From Macrostomum lignano (Eukaryota): 27,377 nt of DNA. Location of the stretch: the NCBI GenBank assembly GCA_002269645.1, contig NIVC01002795.1:1-27377 (forward strand), read 5' to 3'. The translations under genes and the position numbers were made by a program. This document shows positions 20,029 through 27,377 of this stretch, piece after piece. Position 1 is the stretch's first letter. Each line of letters begins with the position of its first letter. The notes beneath the pieces are model-generated. The model made no database searches. It worked only from the letters and a program-made list of their open reading frames with translations, and was not told the origin of the DNA.

Positions 20029-23000
20029 GTGAGCGCCGATTCTCCTATTGGCGCTCAGCTCTCCCTTTTTAGCGCCTGATTCTACCATTCTACCCTTTGG
20101 CGCCTCATTCTATTGATATCAACTGGCGCCTCATTCTACTCAGAGGCGCCTCATTCTATTGATATCAACTGGCGCCTCATTCTATTGATATCAACTGGCG
20201 CCTCATTCTATTGATATCAACTGGCGCCTCATTCTATTGATATCAACTGGCGCCTCATTCTATTGATATCAACTGGCGCCTCATTCTATTGATATCAACT
20301 GGCGCCTCATTCTATTGATATCAACTGGCGCCTCATTCTATTGATATCAACTGGACCCTCATTCTATTGATATCAACTGGACCCTCATTCTATTGATATC
20401 AACTGGCGCCTCATTCTATTGATATCAACTGGCGCCTCATTCTATTGATATCAACTGGCGCCTCATTCTATTGATATCAACTGGCGCCTCATTCTATTGA
20501 TATCAACTGGCGCCTCATTCTACTCAGAAGCGCCTCATTCTACCAACCTGCACCTATTCTATCAACCTGCACCTATTCTACCAACCTGCACCTATTCTAC
20601 CAACCTGCACCTATTCTACCAACCTGCACCTATTCTACCAACTTACGCCTTATTATACCAATTGGCGCCTCATTCTACCAATTGGTGCCTCATTCTACCA
20701 ATTGGCGCCTCATTCTACCAATTGGCGCCTCACCATTATTAGCGCCCCACTGTCCCCAGGCCTCATGATACGCGCCGCCCTCTCAAAATCCCAGTGGTCT
20801 GCTGCGGCCAGAAGACGGTCTGGTCCTACCGCACCCACGGCCTCAGCCGGCTGGGCCAGACGGACCTGCTGCTCCTCCTTGAGCACATCGCCATCGACAA
20901 CGCCGCCCCAGCCGATCCGGTCGCTCTATTCGCTGGCGTCCTCAAGAAGGCCAAGGAGGGCAGCACGGTGGGCGACATGGACCACACGGTATTCCAGGCC
21001 AGCGAGCGCGGATTCCTCGGAAGCCAGTACACCGGCGGGGTGCTGTACTTCTTGGAGAGCGGCCAGTGCTTTCACGGCCTCGTACACCCGGCCGACTTTG
21101 GCAGCCTGCTGGCCTGCCGGCTGGTGCACAGGCGGGAGCTGCCCTACCTGCTGCACTCGCCAACACGGCTGCTGCTGAGGCTGGGCGCCGAGGACGGCGT
21201 GTATCCGTGCGGCCTCATCAGCAACCGCTACCGGCCGCCAGTGTTCTACGAACCGGCCCGATCGGTCATGTCCATGTTCAGGGTAAGGAGATTCGCTAGT
21301 CTTAGACAGCTAAACTCGCATATCCCCATCTGCACAATGTCTCCCCTTTCTGCACTTGAAAATGCGCTAGACTCCCCTATTGGCGCTAGACTCCCCTATT
21401 GGCGCTAGACTCCCCTATTGGCGCTAGACTCCCCTATTGGCGCTAGACTCCCCTATTGGCGCTAGACTCCCCTATTGGCGCTAGACTCCCCTATTGGCGC
21501 TAGACTCCCCTATTGGCGCTAGACTCCCCTATTGGCGCTAGACTCCCCTATTGGCGCTAGACTCCCCTATTGGCGCTAGACTCCCCTATTGGCGCTAGAC
21601 TCCCCTATTGGCGCTAGACTCCCCTATTGGCGCTAGACTCCCCTATTGGCGCTAGACTCCCCTATTGGCGCTAGACTCCCCTATTGGCGCTAGACTCCCC
21701 TATTGGCGCTAGACTCCCCTATTGGCGCTAGACTCCCCTATTGGCGCTAGACTCCCCTATTGGCGCTAGACTCCCCTATTGGCGCTAGACTCCCCTATTG
21801 GCGCTAGACTCCCCTATTGGCGCTAGACTCCCCTATTGGCGCTAGACTCCCCTATTGGCGCTAGACTCCCCTATTGGCGCTAGACTCCCCTATTGGCGCT
21901 AGACTCCCCTATTGGCGCTAGACTCCCCTATTGGCGCTAGACTCCCCTATTGGCGCTAGACTCCCCTATTGGCGCTAGACTCCCCTATTGGCGCTAGACT
22001 CCCCTATTGGCGCTAGACTCCCCTATTGGCGCTAGACTCCCCTATTGGCGCTAGACTCCCCTATTGGCGCTAGACTCCATCTTATTAGCGCTAGACTTCC
22101 CTATTAGCGCTAGACTTCCCTATTAGCGCTAGACTTCCCTATTAGCGCTAGACTCCATCTTATTAGCGCTAGACTCTCCTATTAGCGCTGGTTCTGCGCG
22201 AACCTTCAGGAGGCCGTCCCGCACCTGAGCGAAGGCCTGGTGCCGCGGCTGCGCGACTGCAACCTGACGCTGGAAAGCAACGGCATCGTCGTGGTGTCGA
22301 TCTCTGGCCGGCGCCAGGCCGACCTGGCCAGCCTGCTCAGCGTGTACGCTCCGGACACCGATGGAGTGCTGGCGCTGGCTGGCGAGCTCTGCCAGTCAGC
22401 CGATGCGCACCTGGTTGCCAGGGAGTCGCCTGGAGGCGAATTTGAAACCGTCCTGTTCTCCGCTGCAGGACGACCGCAGATCTGGCCGGCTGGGGGACTG
22501 CCGGCCACGGCTGGGGTGTCTGTTGGGGTGAGTGCTGTCCGGATGGAGGACAGAGGCTGGGGTTGATGCTGAGGGTGAGTGCTGTCCGAATAGAGGACTG
22601 AGGCTGGGGTGTCTGCAGGGGGTGAGTGCTGTCCGGATGGAGGACTGAGGCTGGGGTGTCTGCAGGGGATGAGTGCTGTCCGGATAGAGGACTGAGGCTA
22701 GGGTGTCTGCAGGGGGTGAGTGCTGTCCGGGTGGGTGTTATTGCAAGAAAAGTACATTTATTCGTGATGTCTCCCCACCAAAAAATTTAGCGCCTGCAGT
22801 CACTGGCCTCGGCTTTATAGCACTGTCCACTCGACTGGGGGCAGCGGATCAACAGGGCTGCTTGGCGGCCATCGTGGAAGACGGTCTTGGCGTTATCTGC
22901 AGCCGGCAGGACATGTGGAGCCTACTGCAGGTGAGAACTTGCAAGTCCTGCAGCATCATCACTCCTGCATCATCATCACTCCTGCACCATCATCACTCCT

Positions 23001-23269
23001 GCAGCATCATAACTCCTGCAGCATCATCACTCCTGCAGCATCATCACTCCTGCACCATCATCACTCCTGCACCATCATCACTCCTGCACCATCATCACTC
23101 CTGCACCTGTATCCTGCATCGCTCGATCATCAAACCAAAAATCTCGCAGAGCCTGAACGAAGCCGAAGACTTTGTGCTGCCACTCGACTGGCTGTTCTTG
23201 CACGACCGACGCGAACCAATGCGAAGTTCCAGTATCCGGTTTGTATGGCGCCACCTGCCTGGGGAGTGA
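19809..23269 (+). CDS. Gene B: SARA/endofin (ZFYVE9/ZFYVE16) C-terminal-domain protein (DUF3480-like), apparently without FYVE domain (~425-442 aa, 5 exons)
   Basis: Exons 19809-20028, 20795-21282, 22210-~22527, ~22800-22930, 23150-23269. Recognised family motifs: WSYRTHGLSRLGQTDLLLLL (cf. WCFTTKGMHAVGQ.E.V.LL), FLGSQYTGGVLY (FLGSKEHGGFLY), PTRLLLRLGAEDGVYPCGLISNRYRPPVF ([29 protein letters not shown]), ADAHLV (ADSHLV), AIVEDG (SIVEDG), SLLQSLNEAEDF (SLRQALREMKDF). The comparison sequences are from memory, not a search. The exon 3/4 junction has a 1-nt phase conflict. Confidence 0.8.
20075..20730. repeat. Gene B intron 1: 26-bp repeat (GGCGCCTCATTCTATTGATATCAACT) changing into 19-bp and 20-bp derivatives
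   Basis: Visible switch to GCACCTATTCTACCAACCT at about 20550 and to GGCGCCTCATTCTACCAATT at about 20660. Confidence 0.95.
20795..21282 (+). CDS. Gene B exon 2: core of the SARA C-terminal region
   Basis: Acceptor ATCCCAG, donor AGG|GTAAGG at 21283; carries the strongest SARA motifs (RLGAE, FLGS..GG.LY). Confidence 0.9.
21364..22189. repeat. Gene B intron 2: near-perfect 19-bp minisatellite (GGCGCTAGACTCCCCTATT), about 43 copies
   Basis: Directly visible; degenerate in the last ~6 copies. Confidence 0.98.
22210..22527 (+). CDS. Gene B exon 3
   Basis: Acceptor CCTTCAG (phase 0); EAVPHLSEGLVPRL...GVLALAGELCQSADAHLVARE...FETVLFS. The 3' boundary lies inside a repeat and is uncertain. Confidence 0.8.
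22509..22730. repeat. Gene B intron 3: 47-bp repeat spanning the exon 3 donor (GCTGGGGTGTCTGCAGGGGGTGAGTGCTGTCCGGATGGAGGACTGAG)
   Basis: GTGAGT at 22528, 22575, 22622 and 22716; mutated to ATGAGT at 22669. Confidence 0.88.
22800..22930 (+). CDS. Gene B exon 4
   Basis: Acceptors TTTAG (22790) or CTGCAG (22799); VTGLGFIALS...LAAIVEDGLGV...WSLLQ; donor CAG|GTGAGA at 22931. Confidence 0.8.
22950..23106. repeat. Gene B intron 4: 17-bp repeat (GCATCATCACTCCTGCA)
   Basis: About 9 visible copies. Confidence 0.93.
23150..23269 (+). CDS. Gene B exon 5 (apparent last exon)
   Basis: Acceptor TCTCGCAG (phase 0); SLNEAEDFVLPLDWLF...IRFVWRHLPGE*. Confidence 0.75.
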   Translation, partial: SLNEAEDFVLPLDWLFLHDRREPMRSSSIRFVWRHLPGE

Positions 23270-24227
23270 ACGGCGTCCTGGCTCCAACATTGTAGTGCTA
23301 ATTGGGAACTATAACTGCATCTAAATTATTTTGACTACCACCTGTCACCTTACCAATTGTTAGCTCTGCCTTGTCAAATCGTTACAAAAGACGTTTGATC
23401 TACTCGTCTACTCGTCTACTCAATTTCTAACCCTCTACTGTCAGTAGTAGATCATGCTTAAAACGACTCCTTATATTTTATGTCTGGTGTTGGCAAATTT
23501 ACAAGAATATGTAACAGCAGACGGACAGAGATAGTTTTTAACCAACCAGCCAGTCATAATAATCATGCGCTTCAGTGTGTAAAATCTAGAAAGCTTACCG
23601 TTTTCTGGACGCTTTGCCTCGGACCTGCTAATTTTCTGGTAGCTTATAATTGGCTTTAAAAATTTGCCTCATCTTCAAATTTCATTTTCAAGTCAGGTAT
23701 AAGGAGAAGGTTGAAATGAGTAACGACGCGAACATTTGCACTTTAACAGGGAAGAAAAACCCCTCGCGTCTTTAGTCTCACAACTGCCTAAGCCAAGCTA
23801 CCCCATTGCATTGCCAACTCAACCAAGCAGGCGAGAGGCTGCGGGTGACCCAGTCAGAACTATTGAAAGAGATCGGCTACGGTTCTGGCATTACAGATGC
23901 TACGGCAACCACCGGGTGGAAGTCAACAACTAGTGCGGCACTGGGGTTGTGGGTTGATGGAAGCATGTCGTGCCTGAGAAGCTGGGGGCTGAGGTGTCTT
24001 CCATCCCTACCAAGAAATTCTCAGAGAAATTGTTAGGGTTGAAGAGGCTATATGAAAGATAGCCTAGCAGAGAGCCAGCTTGAGTTTTGCTCTCTCAAAG
24101 CTGAATTGTGCTCAAGAGCCAAAAAAACAATACGTATATAGCTCGTGGAAAACTGACAGGCCAGAAGTCAAGAAGCCAAGCCTTGTATTCATATAACTTT
24201 TGCCCTCTAGCTCAAACTCAGTCTGAA

Positions 24228-24478
24228 ATGCTCCAACGAAGCCAGCTTACTGAGCTGGCAGCCCTGTGGACTGTGTGCGCCATCATCCTGTCGGCAGGCA
24301 GGCTGACAGACGGGCAGGTTCTCAACTCCGCGGTGCTGTGCAAGGCGGACCGATGCTACAACATCAGCATTCTTGGAAACGGTGACTACTTGAGTAGCTA
24401 TTGCGCCAGCTTCGGGATGCAGAAGCTCGACCAGATATCGTTTGAACTGTTCACTGCTAACATAGCAGCACTGACTAG
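24228..24478 (+). CDS. Gene C exon 1: signal peptide plus start of CTLD-like domain 1
   Basis: ATG at 24228; donor AG|GTGAGC at 24479 (phase 2). Confidence 0.8.
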
Positions 24479-26385
24479 GTGAGCCCTACTGAATCTGTTC
24501 ACTGCTAACATAGCAGCTCTGACTAGGTGAGCCCTACTGAATCTGTTCACTGCTAACATAGCAGCTCTGACTAGGTGAGCCCTACTGAATCTGTTCACTG
24601 CTAACATAGCAGCACTGACTAGGTGAGCCCTACTGAATCTGTTCACTGCTAACATAGCAGCACTGACTAGGTGAGCCCTACTGAATCTGTTCACTGCTAA
24701 CATAGCAGCTCTGACTAGGTGAGCCCTACTGAATCTGTTCACTGCTAACATAGCAGCTCTGACTAGGTGAGCCCTACTGAATCTGTTCACTGCTAACATA
24801 GCAGCACTGACTAGGTGAGCCCTACTGAATCTGTTCACTGCTAACATAGCAGCTCTGACTAGGTGAGCCCTACTGAATCTGTAGCACTGACTAGACGACC
24901 CCAACCAGCCTTAACCTGCAGAATAGAGGGACTGGCGTGAAGCATTGCGGACCGTAGCTTGTAGGCCTAGTCCATCTCATAATTCACTGGAATGCTAAAC
25001 TGGAATGCCTCGGATGACGGATGACGGGCAGCCAGAAAGCTCATAGTTGGAAATAGAAAATCAATAATTATCGTGAGTTTTCTGTTGACGATTCGTCCCT
25101 ACGAGAAACGACGATCGTAAAAAGAGCTCGTACGAGCTACATCCTTACCTGACTTTCCAGTGGCGTCAGTGAGACGACGTACTGGACTGGCGTCCACAGG
25201 GCCGCTCGCACCAGCCCGGCAGACAGGGTGTTCGCCTGGCGCAGCCAGACCAGCCAGCTGTACGTCTCCAGCACCGACGTGAGCCCGTCTAGCGAAGTCT
25301 TCACCAGCACGGAGGAAGACCCAACAGTGGGTGTGATCACGGACACCACAATCAACGTGACTAATTGGAACTCGATAAAAGTAGATAACAGCGGCTACGC
25401 CATCTGCATGTGCGTGTGTCCGATATCCAACCTGACCTGCTGCCCAGCACCGGCTTCTGGCTACACCTGCGCCAACTCGAGCGACGGTCGCTCCTTTTGC
25501 TTTCGACGTGGCGACTCCAAAAAGAAGTACTGGGAGGCGCCGACCATGTGCAGCCTGGCCAGCGGAGAGACGCTGATTGATCTGACTGAGACCGCTGCTC
25601 GAGTGGCCTTTCATGCGTACGTTTCACTGTACACAGTCTCTGGTTCTTTTTCCCTTTATGGATAATAATAATTAGAAAAACCCCTTTCCAGTGTTTTCAA
25701 CACCTTCAAGGCCGGTTGTCATGACACCTGCCTGATGGCTTTCGAGGAGCTGCCGTACAGGTTCAACGATAGCTATGGGCCGAAACTGCTTGCGGAAGGT
25801 TTCCCTTTGAAGGAGGGATACTTGAAGCAGAAAACAGACGATGCCAGGTACGGAATTACCATTGAAAAAGACTCTGGCACAGGTGGAATCAGGTACCTGG
25901 AAGAGAGGGACACCAGCGGGGGTTCTGGCCAGTTTGTATGCACTGCCACACCTGTAGAAACGACTACAACTACTACAACTACTACGCCGACTACCACAAC
26001 TACATCAACTACCACAACAACTACGCCGACTACCACAACAACTGCATCGACTACCACAACAACTGCATCGACTACCACAACAACTACTACGCCGACTACC
26101 ACAACAACTACACCGACTACCACAACTACTACGCCGACTACCACTACAATTGCGCCGAGTACTACAACCACACCTACTATCCCCACCCCGATAGCATCGA
26201 CTGCTACCAAGCAGGCTTCAGCTGTCACTCCGCTGTCAGAGGAGCAAGTCGTGGCCATTAACATTCAAAACTACGAGAATTCAAAAGAGAAGGCGACATT
26301 CTATTTGGTCCCTGTTGTGTTTCTGGTTCTGGCAGTGCTGATTGCTTATTACTTTGGCAGGCTTGCTTATCAAATGGGCGTCTAA
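24228..26385 (+). CDS. Gene C: type I membrane protein with two divergent C-type-lectin-like domains, Thr-rich mucin-like stalk, TM helix and ~8-aa tail (~466 aa, 3 exons)
   Basis: Exons 24228-24478, 25161-25616, 25692-26385; phases 2 and 2 match; 1401 nt is divisible by 3. Signal peptide MLQRSQLTELAALWTVCAIILSAG; C..DRCY...YC and YWTG...FAW...C pattern; second unit C....FCF...YWEA..MC...ETLIDL; TM FYLVPVVFLVLAVLIAYYFG. The lectin-fold call rests on Cys/Trp spacing only. Confidence 0.75.
24447..24894. repeat. 48-bp tandem repeat of the gene C exon 1/intron 1 junction (32 nt exon + 16 nt intron), 9 copies plus a partial one
   Basis: Unit CTGTTCACTGCTAACATAGCAGC[A/T]CTGACTAG|GTGAGCCCTACTGAAT starts at 24447 and recurs every 48 nt to 24831. 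Confidence 0.97.
25161..25616 (+). CDS. Gene C exon 2: rest of CTLD-like domain 1 and start of domain 2
   Basis: Acceptor CCTGACTTTCCAG (phase 2); GVSETTYWTGVHR...VFAW...YAIC; donor GTACGT at 25617. A small internal intron near 25412-25447 cannot be excluded. Confidence 0.78.
25692..26385 (+). CDS. Gene C exon 3: end of domain 2, poly-Thr/Pro stalk, TM helix, tail
   Basis: Acceptor CCCCTTTCCAG after a 75-nt intron (phase 2); in-frame ACN-codon repeats at about 25960-26180; hydrophobic helix; TAA at 26383-26385. Confidence 0.88.
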
Positions 26386-26697
26386 CGTTTCCGAGCAAAA
26401 AAATAACACAAAAGCTGTTTCTTATGAAGACTGACAATGCGTTTTAGATATGTACTGTCTGTCATTGAATGAATCATTGGTAGTGAATGTTGTGCGCAAA
26501 TTTCTCACATCTTGACGCTCGTACGCGATATGTTTACTAAGATAACATCATGCAAAGTTGATGGAGGGATACTGGAAGTTCCGAAGTTCTGAAATCGAAA
26601 ATATTTTGAGTTTTTACTCAATCTAGTGAACTCTTTTTCTAGTTTAGTTTTTCAAGCCTTTTTTCCCGTTTTTAGTTTTGAAAAACATTATTGAAAT

Positions 26698-26703
26698 AAT
26701 AAA
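26698..26703 (+). promoter_or_regulatory. Candidate polyadenylation signal of gene C
   Basis: AATAAA about 310 nt after the stop in an AT-rich 3' region. Confidence 0.45.
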
Positions 26704-27377
26704 CATTAATACACATTTATTACAATATACGGGAATATGATCCCAAATTCTGACAGAGCTATGATCCCCTGTGCAGATAATCAAAAGGAGTTACTTCTGA
26801 GGTTTTTTTAAACTATCTCATACTGATTCTATGAAGGCAATGAGCTGACTAAAAAATGTCCACTCATAGCACACTACTGAAAGTATACAGACGCCAGTAG
26901 AATATAAAAACAACACATAGAGCAGGCAAAAAACTGGTAAAATTGTGCTTCAACAACACTGGACCACGTGAAGGGAGACACAAAAGTGCAACTGCTTAGT
27001 AGATTGCATCACCTGACTGCAGCAACCCGTGCTCAGAATATTTTAGTAACCATTGCCACATAGGTGAGTTCCTGTAACACGGTCAGGTCTGGCTTTCCAG
27101 CTTACAGAAGGCTGAGCTGAAGGGGTGCCGGCAACAAACAATAAGCGAGACATGGCAAGCAAGACTTTCTAGAGAAAGACACCAAGGATCGATAATTGGC
27201 CTCTGAGGGAGACACCAGCAGTAGGGCGAAAACAGACAAGAAAAGCTCTCAGCTGCCTTCTGAGTTGAGGGCTGCAGATGACTTTTAAAGTCAACCAACT
27301 CCTGCTGAGGAGGTTTAAAACAATTCAGAAACTCTGGCGCTGCTCACAGCTGCCTCTGAGACTGAGTAGTCTGAAAT

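Noticed and set aside
23736-24110. Short ORFs as the missing C-terminal exons of gene B or a TE remnant
   Set aside because: No SARA C-terminal motifs or transposon motifs recognised in any frame examined.
25111-25138. Perfect palindromes ACGATCGT and AGCTCGTACGAGCT near the gene C exon 2 acceptor as a Helitron or other element end
   Set aside because: No CTRR terminus at the expected distance and no other element features; could be chance in a CpG-rich patch.
25410-25447. Mini-intron inside gene C exon 2 (CTGAC...CCCAG)
   Set aside because: Keeping the frame needs a 30-nt GT-AG or 36-nt GC-AG intron, and the frame is open without it; left unresolved.
26760-27377. Gene or element at the window end (ORF 27083-27298 minus; GTGAGT at about 27065)
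   Set aside because: No recognisable protein motif or consistent exon structure in any frame.

Overview
Eukaryotic, intron-containing genomic DNA. The repeat-filled introns and the LINE fragment resemble the flatworm Macrostomum, but this is an inference, not confirmed. All host genes lie on the + strand, and the models were built by hand from GT/AG junctions, phase matching and motif recognition. In order: (1) the last, transmembrane-coding exon of an upstream gene that looks paralogous to gene A; (2) a decayed 5'-truncated RTE-like LINE on the minus strand; (3) gene A, 11 exons (2431-17480, about 1148 aa), with signal peptide, about 7 progressively divergent CUB/CUB-like domains, a TM helix and a short tail; (4) gene B, 5 exons (19809-23269), encoding the SARA/endofin (ZFYVE9/16) C-terminal region with no FYVE domain visible; (5) gene C, 3 exons (24228-26385, about 466 aa), with signal peptide, two divergent C-type-lectin-like domains, a Thr-rich stalk and a TM helix. 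Nearly every intron holds its own tandem repeat, and several repeats have amplified splice sites. Most long ORFs in the supplied track are repeat artefacts. No prokaryotic features, CRISPR array, rRNA or tRNA were recognised.
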